Positions 1 to 10,217 of a stretch of DNA of 64,000 bases are shown piece by piece (positions within the stretch are counted from its first letter, which is position 1; every line of letters begins with the position of its first letter). The position numbers and the translations under genes are program-made. The stretch covers positions 192,001 to 256,000 of the forward strand of contig CAVVMW010000021.1 in the NCBI GenBank assembly GCA_963749495.1, read 5' to 3'. The notes beneath the pieces are model-generated. The model ran no database searches. It saw only the letters and a program-made list of their open reading frames with translations, and was not told the origin of the DNA. Source of the DNA: an uncultured bacterium (GTDB lineage: Bacteria; Verrucomicrobiota; Verrucomicrobiia; Limisphaerales; UBA8199).

Positions 1-110
1 GCAGCGCATGCGCGCCGGCTCGGTTTGCGTCTCCAACTCCTGTGCCTGTGGTAGTATCGGCCAGAGGCGCTCGACCGCTGCAGGTTTCTGTTCTTGCGCT
101 TGCTCAAGAC

Positions 111-428
111 CATTGGGGTCATGACTTGTCATTTGGACAATTGGCACTTGACGCCGGGATTCCGCGATGATCCCATTGGCCCATGGCACGCGCGTTGTGC
201 ATCGAACGGGCGGGCGGGCGGTATCACGTCACCGCCTGCGGCAATGAACGCCAGCACATCTTCCGTGATGGCGCAGACCATTTCCATTTAGCTGGCCGTT
301 TGCACTACGCGGTAGTGAGCAAAGCCCTCGCCCGCTTTGGCCAGCGCCTCGAAGCCGATCCCCGCCTGCGAGAAGAAATAGCCGCAATCCGGGACCGATT
401 GTCCAAATGACAAGACATGACCCCAATG
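111..428 (+). mobile_element. Internally deleted RAYT (REP-associated tyrosine transposase)-like mini-element with 31-bp inverted ends
   Basis: cattggggtcatgacttgtcatttggacaat (111-141) is the reverse complement of 398-428 with one mismatch. The enclosed ORF 183-410 joins a RAYT-like N-terminus (MARALCIERAGGRYHVTACGNERQHIFRD) directly to a short C-terminal helical segment. Confidence 0.7.
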
Positions 429-497
429 ACCTGCGCCAATGACCTGCGTGCTCCGCCGAAACCATCGCACCGCCAGCCGGCGCGGCCTCGTCCAGCT

Positions 498-929
498 TTA
501 GCGGAGCGACTTCGCTCGCTGCCGCCTCTTTAAAACCGCAAGGAACTCACGGTCATCAACAATGCGGATCCCAAAAGGTTTGACCAATTGCAGGAGATGC
601 CGGTCGCGGCTGATGATGTATGCCGCCCGTGCAGCCAGAGCGCACTCGATGAACTTCTCATCATCCGCATCGGAGCACACCGGCTCGTTCAGCAGGGCCG
701 GGGCGATGATGGTCGCGCGACCATTCATCCAGTTAAGCCACGGCTGCGGGTCTTGCGGCAGATCCTCCTGCAGCTTTAGCTCCCACGCGGTCTCTGCAAA
801 CTCCCTAAGGATCGGCTCAGAAACCACAGCTTCGAATTGACGCCGCGCAAATCGCGCCAAACACTCCCTCGCCGAACCTTGCCAAAAAATCGCGGCGACG
901 AAAACGCTGGTATCAACTACGGCCTTGAG
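498..929 (-). CDS. PIN-domain putative toxin; start codon uncertain
   Basis: KAVVDTSVFVAA...CSDADDEKFIECALAARAAYIISRDRHLL is a PIN motif set; directly downstream of an AbrB-like gene. Confidence 0.8.
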   Translation of the reverse strand, partial: LKAVVDTSVFVAAIFWQGSARECLARFARRQFEAVVSEPILREFAETAWELKLQEDLPQDPQPWLNWMNGRATIIAPALLNEPVCSDADDEKFIECALAARAAYIISRDRHLLQLVKPFGIRIVDDREFLAVLKRRQRAKSLR

Positions 930-1194
930 CTTCTCTCGCGCGGGCTCGAACTCGCTCAATTGCGGCCTCCACCTGTTTGCGGTTCTTTCGTGTTTCCTCC
1001 GGTCCTGGCCCGCCCGCAGTCTCGATGACCGCGACAAGCTCCTCTTCGGAGGGGGCGTACACCGGGGTGAGCAGGATGTTCTCGCCGGCTTCGGTCACGC
1101 GCAACCGGGTGCCAGCCCTGAGCCGTTTGCTCTTGCGCAAAACCTCGGGCAACGTCAGTTTGCCACCAGCGGTCATCTTTACCGTAGTCGTCAT
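913..1194 (-). CDS. AbrB/MazE/SpoVT-family antitoxin
   Basis: MTTTVKMTAGGKLTLPEVLRKSKRLRAGTRLRVTEAGENILLTPV; overlaps the PIN gene start region. Confidence 0.8.
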   Translation of the reverse strand: MTTTVKMTAGGKLTLPEVLRKSKRLRAGTRLRVTEAGENILLTPVYAPSEEELVAVIETAGGPGPEETRKNRKQVEAAIERVRARAREAQGRS

Positions 1195-1415
1195 GCCCGA
1201 AGATTCGCCTGGCGACAGGCGTCCGTCAAGAGCAGACACCTGGCAAGTCGGCCTCGCCAGACGGCAACGGGCCGGGAGTATTGAGCGCATCTGTCAAGGC
1301 GACCGATTGACCGCATCGCGCAGGGGAATTCCGCACTTGCATGGCAGCGGTTGGTCTGCCGCCAGCCGACGCCGTTTGCTGCAGCTGCAGCGAATCGCAC
1401 GGGGTGAGTGCATTG

Positions 1416-2417
1416 TTAGCCTTGGAGGCGGCCTTTATCGTGAAGAAACCGTCTGATTGCCTTTCCACTCTCGGCGTCAAGCCCGAACATCGTGCGCATG
1501 AAGACGTGGTTGATGCCTGTGATTGTCTTAATCTCCGCCGCGGTCAAGGCCTGCGGAACACGCTGAAACCGCAAGAGTTTCATGGAGTACTCCTGCTCGG
1601 GCTCATCTTCGTGAGGGCATTTCATGAGTTTCCCATCGGCCTCGCCCACCGCTACGATGCCCTCGCCGGATTTGTAAAGGAAAACCACGTCATTTCTCGC
1701 CAGCCGCTCGATGCTGAACTTCCACGGCTCGTAGTAGGCGGCTGCCTTCCCCTTCGAGAGCATATCCTCGTGGTCCGCCTCGTCGTTGCTGAAGTTGGTG
1801 TTCAGAATGTAATAACCCTCAGCAATGTCTTCGTAGGGATTATCCTGAACTCGGAATGCTGATATTTCCAGGTGCATTGCATCGGCACCGGCAGGGTAAA
1901 CGCGATACACCCAAGGACGGACATCCAGCCCGCACTTTCGCCAATATTGAACCGCCTCGCGGGTCTTACGATCAATACCGTTGGTCATGACGACGAAGAC
2001 CTGCTTACAGTTGAACTGATCTTCCTTAAGGTCGGTGCCGAATTTCGCCGCGTGGGCTGTCTTCAGCGATTGGGATTGGTCCGTCGCTTTCTGATACCGC
2101 GCATTCAGTTCAGCGTACCGCCATGGCCCATACATCTGGCCATAGCGAAGGACCTGAAGCAAGTTCGAGCTTTCCGACTCCCCTGCCTTCAATTCAAAGA
2201 TGAATAGGGCGCCGTCCCTGTCAACGGCCATTAGGTCGGGCTCCTCCTGCCATTGGCGGGACTGCATTAGGAGGATAAGCTCGTCATCTGGAAACAACCT
2301 GTCCAGTGATTTGAAAAGGATCTCCTGCAGGCCGCGCTCGTCGAGGCCAAAAGACTGGAGCCGTTCCGTGCGGCATTTCTCTGCGTATCGCGTCTTTATA
2401 TTGATTTTGAGCAGCAT
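1416..2417 (-). CDS. NucS-like PD-(D/E)XK endonuclease fused to an EVE/PUA-like C-terminal domain
   Basis: PDLMAVDRDGALFIFELK nuclease motif, then QVLRY; C-terminal RLARNDVVFLYKSGEGIVAVGE resembles EVE/PUA. Lower GC than the flanks. Confidence 0.65.
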   Translation of the reverse strand: MLLKINIKTRYAEKCRTERLQSFGLDERGLQEILFKSLDRLFPDDELILLMQSRQWQEEPDLMAVDRDGALFIFELKAGESESSNLLQVLRYGQMYGPWRYAELNARYQKATDQSQSLKTAHAAKFGTDLKEDQFNCKQVFVVMTNGIDRKTREAVQYWRKCGLDVRPWVYRVYPAGADAMHLEISAFRVQDNPYEDIAEGYYILNTNFSNDEADHEDMLSKGKAAAYYEPWKFSIERLARNDVVFLYKSGEGIVAVGEADGKLMKCPHEDEPEQEYSMKLLRFQRVPQALTAAEIKTITGINHVFMRTMFGLDAESGKAIRRFLHDKGRLQG

Positions 2418-2508
2418 AGTCGGAGAGGGTTCAGGAACTTCTTCGGAACAGCGGGTGCATTGGAATGAACTTTAACAGGAGTTAAGAGCCCATGGAAGAA
2501 TTGAACTG

Positions 2509-3324
2509 GTCGAGTGGAGTGGAGGCGCGACCGGTTTAGACCAATGGCTTCCTGTGTTTCTGCCCTTTCGAGCATCGTGGCAAATGGCCATCAGGTCCTG
2601 CCCACGTTTCCCCCACCCCCTCTGCATCATCCCGTACGGCGAGTTTTCCCCGGTACGGTTGGAAGCCAGCCTTGTCGCTCCGCGCCCTTCCGCAGCCGTC
2701 CCCGGCTGCGTTTGACGCGGAGCCTGCGTTCCTTTCCGTGTCTGGCTCAGAGTCCAGATGTATCGGTCCGCGGCTGTGCCCACAGGCCCTTGGCTCAGCG
2801 CGGTTTATTATCCCCGCGCCTGCAAACGCTACTACGGCCTGATGCGCCGGTCTGACGAACTCCGTCCAGCTTGGGCCTGCTTCGGCTTGCTCCGGGCGGT
2901 CTTTGCCCTCGCGGGCCGTTCGCCTCACCTTCCCTTCTTTGCTTGGGCATACTTTCTGTCCATGCCGCGACCTCTACCCCGTTGGCTGACCGAGTTCGTT
3001 TGATGGCTCATCTCCCGGTCATCAGAGCCTTCACCGTTCCTATCACGGTTCGGCTGTTCCAAAACGCCCTTCTCACTGGTTTCAGAGAAGGAAGCACTTT
3101 CGGGGCGGCAGTCAGTTCTTAACGTTGCGGCCTGGACGTTGGCTAGAGCGGCTGACCAGTCCCCGCCAGCGGCTTGAGGCCGCCGACAGGCCCGCCCGTT
3201 TACGGCAGAGCTTGCCCCAGCCAGGGTCTCCCCTCGCCGGAGTCTGCTATCACTACTCGGCCCAACCATCCATTGCCGAGGCAGGACTTGCACCTGCGAG
3301 CATGTCCAAGATTGAAGGCTGCAC
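2509..3324 (-). ncRNA. ORF-less group II intron (816 nt)
   Basis: 5' end GTGCAG..., with GCAGGTGCAAGTCCTGC near the 5' end. Variant D5 CCAACCGTACCGGGGAAAACTCGCCGTACGGGATG, long D6 ending CTCCACTCGAC. EBS1 loop at 3037-3045 matches the flanking exons. No RT ORF. Confidence 0.85.
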
Positions 3325-3736
3325 ATAGGAATTTGCTTTTTTGCCGCGTCGGCGGTTAATGACGCTGCGCGGGTGAGGGAGAATTGGTTTTGCGTCCCGC
3401 TCATTCGGTTGCTACGCTGGCAGACGGGGACGAGGGTGTCAAGCAGCAGAGTTTGCCGGTTTCGGCGGAGCACGGGTGCCTTGGGGCGTGCTCCGGCCTA
3501 AGGGCCGGCTCAGCGGCCGCAAGTTGCGCGGCAGGGATGTCGGCTCGATGCCGGGCGAGCCGGGAGGATTGGGCGGCCAGGTAAAGGCTCGGCTCCGAAC
3601 CCGCCCTCCGGAGGACGGTTCTCAAACCGTGAGTACGTTTTCGTAATCGGGCGTCGGATCCACGTCGCCACAGGGCTCGTAGGTATAAGGCCCGGGGGCG
3701 CCCGGTGGGGAGAGGCTGGCGGTGGGGTGGTGCCGC
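3325..3736 (-). mobile_element. IS91/ISCR-like 3' remnant ending in oriIS (AAAAAGCAAATTCCTAT)
   Basis: Encodes the tail PCGDVDPTPDYENVLTV*, homologous to 43560-43610. Non-coding part homologous to 43610-43918; ends in TTCCTAT. Confidence 0.7.
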
Positions 3737-3980
3737 GGCAGGGGTCAGACCGTAGAAAAGCCTCGTGCCTCCATGCCTTGGACCTCGAAAAAAATGCCTC
3801 ATAGTCCGCAGAGTCCGCATTGTCCTTAGCCAACATCCGTCCCAGCGCACACACTCCCGGCATGAAACGGCAACTGCGCCAACTGAGGCGTTCGGAAGGA
3901 ATAAATGTGCCAGGTATGGCGCAGGAATTTCGGCCGCTGGCGAGGCGCGAGCGAGGCGCATATCCGCCAGGATCTGTAAG
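3737..3980 (+). repeat. 244-bp direct repeat, copy 1
   Basis: ggcaggggtcagaccgtagaaaagcctc...ggatctgtaag is nearly identical to 5019-5263. Confidence 0.9.
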
Positions 3981-4255
3981 AGCCTGTTTTAAAATTCCGT
4001 GGGGTCCTGTTTTCGAGGAAAAGGCTGTATGGCGAGGCGCGGCCGAGGGAGCATCCCCCCAGCGGGCTGTGACCGAGGGCGCAACGAAGCCAGACAGCCT
4101 TTTCCTCGAAAACCCTCCGGGCGGCGGGTCTTTTTGCCTCAGCCTTCGTTGCCCGCTCGTCACAGATCCCTGGGGATATGCTCCTCGCGGGCGCCTCGGC
4201 TGAGACAAAAATCCCTTGCCGCAAATGTATAGCTATTTCGGGGACACCACACTAG
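3981..4255. repeat. Palindromic MITE/REPIN-like element
   Basis: Internal inverted repeat ttttcgaggaaaaggctg / cagccttttcctcgaaaa; ends in CTAG overlapping the PIN stop codon. Confidence 0.55.
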
Positions 4256-4705
4256 CGTGGGCAGATGGCCTGGAGTCCGGCTGCCCTTGCCAGTTCAACC
4301 TGCGCCTCGTCGAAGCTGATGAAGGAATCCGCGGCGAGTTCCTTGGCGTAGGCGACATGAAGGAGATCAGCCGACCGGCAATGGAAGGAGAAGGCGTGTT
4401 CGGCGCTGATTTCATACGCCGTTCGGAGGACGTTCCCGCCAATCTGCCTCCATGTGCAGGAAATAACCGACCCGCACGTCCGTTTCCAGCCTATGAATGA
4501 TGCGCCGGGCGTCGCCCGCACTCACGACGGGTTGGTCGCCCAGCGCGAATTGCCGCAGAGCGTTGCTGACCTCGACCCGGTGCCAGGGCGACCAAATGAA
4601 GGTCTCGTCGCCGCGAGCCTCATAGAACTCGGTGGCTGTCTCATGGTGCGTGTCATCAAAGAAGCGAAGCGCCAGGAAAAAGGTCGTATCGGGATACAGG
4701 TTCAT
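4252..4705 (-). CDS. VapC-like PIN toxin, frameshifted near 4435
   Basis: MNLYPDTTFFLAL...WHRVEVSNAL continues in a second frame as RSADLLHVAYAKELAADSFISFDEAQ. Confidence 0.8.
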
Positions 4706-4935
4706 TGCCGCAGTCTCCGGAGCAGGGCGGCGGTATCCACCTTTCGGCCCGGCTTGGACAGCAGCGCCTTGGCCTCTTTTTGGAGTTCCGCCGCAGTCTT
4801 TACAGGCCGCCGCCCAGCCTTGCTCACCAACAGGTCGGCCTTGCCGTGGGAGGTAACCACTAGCGTCTGACCCGGGTGCAGCGAGCGGGTCAGTGCGGGC
4901 GAGTGGAAGAACTCACGCATCGTCAGCGTTTTCAT
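4702..4935 (-). CDS. Phd/YefM-like antitoxin
   Basis: MKTLTMREFFHSPALTRSLHPGQTLVVTSHGK; ATGA overlap with the PIN gene. Confidence 0.7.
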   Translation of the reverse strand: MKTLTMREFFHSPALTRSLHPGQTLVVTSHGKADLLVSKAGRRPVKTAAELQKEAKALLSKPGRKVDTAALLRRLRQ

Positions 4936-5018
4936 GCGTCTAGCATACGCGTTAGACGCTTCACCCGTCAAGGAGTTCCTTGCGATCTCGACGTTCTTTG
5001 CGGCCAATTCCGCCAGGT

Positions 5019-5263
5019 GGCAGGGGTCAGACCGTAGAAAAGCCTCACGCCTCCACCCCTTGGACCTCGAAAAAAATGCCTCATAGTTCGCATAGTCCGC
5101 ATTGTCCTTAGACAACATCCGTCCCCAGCGCACACACTCCCGGCATGAAACGGCAACTGCGCCAACTGAGGCGTTCGGAAGGAATAAATGTGCCAGGTAT
5201 GGCGCAGGAATTTCGGCCGCTGGCGAGGCGCGAGCGAGGCGCATATCCGCCAGGATCTGTAAG
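5019..5263 (+). repeat. 245-bp direct repeat, copy 2
   Basis: Matches 3737-3980; continues into an inverted arm (ggcacgtttattcgttccgaatgcctcag, about 5307-5335). Confidence 0.9.
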
Positions 5264-5532
5264 GAGCGAGCAACAAAGCCAGCGGGCAAAAGGACCAGCC
5301 AGAGCTGGCACGTTTATTCGTTCCGAATGCCTCAGGCCCCGCACAGGCCGCCCAGCGCAGGGGGCCAACCGGTGGTCCAGCCTCATTCCCACCAATTCAC
5401 GCGATTCCCGCAATTTCGCGCACTTTCCCACACTTTCCCACAATTTCCCACAATTTCTAAAGCCCCCGGGAGAGGAGAAACGTCGAGCTCGCGCCTTACC
5501 AAAGCGCACCGGGGTGCCAAGGATTCGGCAGA

Positions 5533-5745
5533 CCCCTCACCCCGGCCCTCTGCCCTTCCCCGATAGGATGGGGGCAGGCGGGCGGGGAGAGGGAGAGTTC
5601 TCAATCGCGCTTGGAGGAAGCGCGGACGCCTGGAAGCTCCCGAGACTGCCGACGTCTCTCCCTCTCCCCTTTGGAAGGGGAGAGGGCCGCGGTGAGGGGT
5701 CTGCCCGGCACTCTGTCTCCTGCTTCACGGACCGGTTTCCGGGCC
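5533..5745. repeat. REP-like palindrome of the ccctcaccccggccctctccc family
   Basis: Paired arms; related copies at about 34568-34713 and 59430-59612. Confidence 0.75.
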
Positions 5746-5796
5746 TCGGTTTCTTGCGCTTGCTCGCCCGGGCGGATGCGGGCTACACTGCGGCGG

Positions 5797-5915
5797 CTAG
5801 AGTCCTTGAATTTCAAAATGTGATGCAGACAGGTCAAGTTTGTGGCACGGGCATCCTGCCCGTGGGGGCTTGGGCAGGATGCCCGAGCCACGGTCTGAGG
5901 CCCTGCCTCGGCTAG
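5797..5915 (+). repeat. 119-bp MITE-like repeat bounded by CTAG
   Basis: Near-identical inverted copy at 53191-53309. Confidence 0.85.
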
Positions 5916-5942
5916 CATGACAACCAGGCTCGATTGACGATT

Positions 5943-7315
5943 ATGAAAAACACTCGAAGGCAGTTCCTGAAAACCACCGCCCTGGCGACCTCGGCCGTTT
6001 CGATAGCGATCGTGCCCCGGCACGTGCTGGGGGGCCCGGCCAGAAGGCACCCAGCGAAACACTCAACATCGCCGGCATCGGCGTGGGGGGCATGGGGGCC
6101 AACAACTTGAAGGCCTGTTCCGGGGAGAACATCGTGGCCCTGTGCGACGTGGATTCCAAGTACGCGGCGGGGACCTTTGCGGCGCATCCCAATGCGAAGG
6201 TGTACCGCGATTTCCGCGAGATGCTCGATCAGCAGAAGGACATCGAGGCGGTGATAGTGGCGACGCCGGACCACAGCCACGCCGTTATCGCGCTGGCGGC
6301 CATCCGGGCCGGCAAACACGTGTATGTGCAGAAGCCGCTGACCTATTCGGTCCAGGAAGCGCGGGCGCTGACGGAGGCGGCCCGCCAGCACCGAGTGGCC
6401 TCCCAGATGGGCAACCAGGGCCACTCCGGCGACGGGACCCGCCTGGTGTGCGAGTGGATTGGGAACAAGGTCATCGGCGCGGTGCGGGAGGTCCATGTCT
6501 GGACCAACCGCCCGGTCTGGCCCCAGGGTGTGGAGGTCGAACGCCCCAAGGAGACGCCCCCTGTGCCCGAGGGATTGGATTGGGAGCGCTGGCTCGGCCC
6601 GGCCCCGTACCGGCCCTATCACCCGGCCTATGTGCCCGGCACCTGGCGCGCGTGGTGCGACTTTGGCACCGGCGCCTTGGGCGACCTGGGCTGCCATCTC
6701 CTGGACGCGCCGTTCTGGGCCCTGAACCTCAAATACCCCGTGAGCGTCGAGGGTTCCATCTCCACCTATTGGCAGGGTCTTTGGAAGAAGACCGAGCCGC
6801 GCAATGAGAACTTCCCGCGCTCGACGGTCGTGCGTTACAAGTTCCCCGCCCGGGGCGATTGGCCGGCGGTGCGCCTGACCTGGTGGGACGGCGGCATCAT
6901 GCCCCCGCGTCCCGAGGGCCTGGACCCCGACGAACCGTTGGGCGATTCGGACGGCGGGGTCATCTTTGTCGGGGAAACGGGCGTGCTCATCTGCGGCTGT
7001 TACGGGCTCAAGCCGCGGGTCTTCCCGGAGGAGCGGATGCGGGACCTGCCGCGGACCCCGCAGAGGATCGAACGCATCCCCGGCGGTTTGGACGGACACG
7101 AGAAGGATTGGGTCCGGGCGTGCAAGGGAGGCAAGCCGGCCAGTTCCAACTTCGATTATTCCGGCCCGTTGTCCGAGATGGTCCTCATGGGCAACCTGGC
7201 CGTGCGCTTCCCCAACAAGCCGTTGCTCTGGGACGGCGAGAAGATGCAGGTGACCAATGACGCCGCGGCCAATGCCTGCGTGGGCCGCACCTACCGCCAG
7301 GGGTGGACCTTGTGA
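5943..7315 (+). CDS. Tat-exported Gfo/Idh/MocA oxidoreductase, frameshifted near 6040
   Basis: [11 protein letters not shown]at signal; [27 protein letters not shown] motifs. Confidence 0.9.
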
Positions 7316-10056
7316 CGCAAAGTTCGGGCCATCGTGTGCGGCGGACGTTTCGATTGCGCTACCGCACGCATTATGGGCAGTCCTTGTGGGTGACGGGCAA
7401 TGCCCAGTGGCTTGGCCAGGACCGGCCTGAAAGAGCGATTCCCATGCAGTATTTGGACGCGGAGTCCTGGCAGGTGACGCTCAATATCAACCGCGAAGGC
7501 GCCCTGAAAACCAGTGGGGGCTATCATTACGTGCTGCGTGAGGCAGATGGCACTCGCATCCAGGACTGGGGCAACGATCGGCGGCTGGACCTGGCGGCTT
7601 TCAAGGCCGAGGAAGCGGTGATTCTCGATTCCTGGAATCCCCCGGGGCAGATCGAGAATGTCTATTACACGGAGCCTTTCCGGCAGGTCCTGCTGAAGTC
7701 CGAGCCTGTTGAGTTCCACGAACCCGCGCCGGCCGCGGAGAGCCATGTCTTCCGGGTCAAGGCCCCGCTGTTGGCCGGAGGGCAGACTGTGTGCCTTCTG
7801 GGCAGCACCCCTGCCTTGCGCCAGTGGAACACGCGCCAACCCCTGCTCCTGAGCCGCCCGGTGGGTGAGGACTATTTCAGCGTCGCGCTGGACCTGGCCC
7901 GGGAGCCGCTCCCGCTCCAGTACAAGTACGGCATCTATGATTTGGAAAACCGGGCGTTCGTGCGCTACGAAGACGGCTGGAACCGGACCCTGCCCGACAC
8001 GGGGCCGCGCCAGCGGTTGACGGTGGTGAACGACGGTTTTGCGAATTTGCCCGGCCCGCTTTGGAAGGGCGCCGGCGTTGCCATCCCGGTGTTCAGCCTC
8101 CGCTCCCAATCCAGCTTCGGCATCGGTGAGTTTGCCGACTTGAAGCTCCTGGCCGACTGGTGCCGGCAGGCGGGCCTCAAGCTGATCCAGATCCTGCCGG
8201 TCAACGACACAACCGCCACTCACACCTGGCGGGATTCCTACCCCTATGCTGCCATCTCGGCGTTCGCGCTTCACCCGGTCTATCTGAATCCCGGCCGGGT
8301 GGCCACGACGGAAGCCAACCGGCAGCAGTTGACCGCCCTGGAGGGGCCGCGCCAGAGGCTCAACGCCCTTGACAGCCTGGACTACGAGGCGGTCCTGAAG
8401 ACCAAACTCGGTTTTCTGAGGCAAATCTTTCCGACTGAGAAAGAGCGGACCTTCGACAGCCAGGATTATCGGGCCTTTCTGGAGCGCAACCGGCACTGGC
8501 TGGAACCTTACGCGGCGTTTTGTTTTCTGCGCGATCGATTCGGGACGGCGGATTTCACGCGATGGCCGGCGTGCGGCAGTTACCGGGCCGAGGAGATTGC
8601 GGCACTGGCGCCGGCAGGCAGCGCCGCCGCCCAGGAGCTAGCCTTTCACCGTTTCCTTCAATACCACCTGCACGCCCAGTTGCTGGAGGCCACGCAATAC
8701 GCCCATAACCAGGGGGTCATTCTCAAAGGCGACATCGCGATTGGCGTCTCCCGTTACAGTGCCGATGCCTGGCAGCAACCGGACCTCTTTCACACAGACG
8801 TGCAGGCGGGCGCCCCGCCCGATGCCTTCTCGGCCACGGGGCAGAACTGGAGTTTCCCCACCTACAATTGGCCCCGCATGCAACAGACCGGGTTCGAGTG
8901 GTGGAAACGCCGCTTCGAGCAGATGGGCCGTTACTTCGATGCCTTCCGCATCGACCACATCCTGGGCTTCTTCCGCATTTGGAGCATCCCCATCCACGCC
9001 ATCGAGGGCCTCCTGGGCCACTTCGTCCCAGCCCTGCCCGTCCAGGAACCGGAGTTCGCCCAGCGCCGCATCCCCTTCGAGCGCGAGCGGTTCGTGCGCC
9101 CTTACATTACCGATACCGTGTTGCGAGAGGTCTTCGGCGGCGAAGACGACGCGGTCAAGGAGCGGTTCCTCGAAACCGGAGGACCGGGCGGTTACAGCCT
9201 CAAGCCGCGCTTTGCCACCCAGCGCCAGGTCCAGGAGTATTTCGCCGGCTTGGAACAGACGGAGCAGAACGCCCGCCTGAAACAGAAGTTGTTCGATCTC
9301 ATCAGCAACGTCATCCTGCTCGAGGCCGCACCCTACGCCCAAGGGGCGGCAGGGCCGAAACTCCATTTCCGTTTCGCAATGGAGGCCACGTCTTCCTTCA
9401 GGCACCTGGACCAGCAGAGCCGCGGCCAGCTCAGCGAACTCTACATTGACTATTTTTACCGGCGGCAGGACGCCTGTTGGATGAAGGAGGCCATGCGCAA
9501 ACTCCCCGCCCTCAAGGCGGTCACCAACATGCTGGTCTGCGGGGAGGACCTGGGGATGGTGCCGGCGTGCGTGCCTGAGGCGATGAAACAACTGGGCTTG
9601 CTCAGCCTGGAGGTCCAACGCATGCCCAAGCAGCTCGGCAGCCAGTTCTCGCGTCCGCAGCAGGCCCCCTACTTGAGCGTGGTGACCCCCTCGACCCATG
9701 ATATGAGCACCGTCCGCGGTTGGTGGAGAGAGGACCGAGACATTACCCGGAGGTTCTTCAAACAGGAACTGGGACAGCCGGGCGAGCCGCCCGAGGATTG
9801 CGAGGCATGGATCAGCCAGGCCATTGTTGCCCAGCACCTGGCCTCACCCGCGATCTGGGCCGTCTTCCAGTTACAGGACCTCCTCGGCATGGACCAGCGC
9901 CTGCGGCACCAACACCCGGACCAGGAGCGAATCAACACCCCGGCAAACCCCAATAACCTCTGGCGATACCGAGTACACTTGACGCTGGAGGAGCTGATCG
10001 CTGCCGAGGCATTCAACACGGACCTCAGAACGTCCGTTCAGAAGAACGGAAGGTAA
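7312..10056 (+). CDS. malQ: 4-alpha-glucanotransferase (GH77, DPE2-type with N-terminal CBM20-like domains)
   Basis: [41 protein letters not shown] motifs; GTGA overlap with the upstream stop. Confidence 0.92.
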   Translation: MTQSSGHRVRRTFRLRYRTHYGQSLWVTGNAQWLGQDRPERAIPMQYLDAESWQVTLNINREGALKTSGGYHYVLREADGTRIQDWGNDRRLDLAAFKAEEAVILDSWNPPGQIENVYYTEPFRQVLLKSEPVEFHEPAPAAESHVFRVKAPLLAGGQTVCLLGSTPALRQWNTRQPLLLSRPVGEDYFSVALDLAREPLPLQYKYGIYDLENRAFVRYEDGWNRTLPDTGPRQRLTVVNDGFANLPGPLWKGAGVAIPVFSLRSQSSFGIGEFADLKLLADWCRQAGLKLIQILPVNDTTATHTWRDSYPYAAISAFALHPVYLNPGRVATTEANRQQLTALEGPRQRLNALDSLDYEAVLKTKLGFLRQIFPTEKERTFDSQDYRAFLERNRHWLEPYAAFCFLRDRFGTADFTRWPACGSYRAEEIAALAPAGSAAAQELAFHRFLQYHLHAQLLEATQYAHNQGVILKGDIAIGVSRYSADAWQQPDLFHTDVQAGAPPDAFSATGQNWSFPTYNWPRMQQTGFEWWKRRFEQMGRYFDAFRIDHILGFFRIWSIPIHAIEGLLGHFVPALPVQEPEFAQRRIPFERERFVRPYITDTVLREVFGGEDDAVKERFLETGGPGGYSLKPRFATQRQVQEYFAGLEQTEQNARLKQKLFDLISNVILLEAAPYAQGAAGPKLHFRFAMEATSSFRHLDQQSRGQLSELYIDYFYRRQDACWMKEAMRKLPALKAVTNMLVCGEDLGMVPACVPEAMKQLGLLSLEVQRMPKQLGSQFSRPQQAPYLSVVTPSTHDMSTVRGWWREDRDITRRFFKQELGQPGEPPEDCEAWISQAIVAQHLASPAIWAVFQLQDLLGMDQRLRHQHPDQERINTPANPNNLWRYRVHLTLEELIAAEAFNTDLRTSVQKNGR

Positions 10057-10110
10057 CAGGCCCGCACGGGGCCTGGGAGCGGAGGTTCTGGCCAGAGAGC
10101 TTCGCTTCCA

Positions 10111-10208
10111 AACCTTTGTCGCAACCTTTGTCGCAACCTTTGTCGTGCCGGCCATGCTTCGACAAAGGCGGCGACAAAGATTGCGACAAAGGTAACGACA
10201 AAGGTTGC
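10111..10208. repeat. Palindromic array of 12-mers (aacctttgtcgc x3 / cgacaaag x4) between convergent genes
   Basis: Direct reading of the sequence. Confidence 0.8.
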
Positions 10209-10217
10209 GGCCAAGTC

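Noticed and set aside
2536..3473. ORFs of 81-182 aa overlapping the intron as a possible intron-encoded protein
   Set aside because: No RT or maturase motifs (no YADD); they overlap structured RNA domains.
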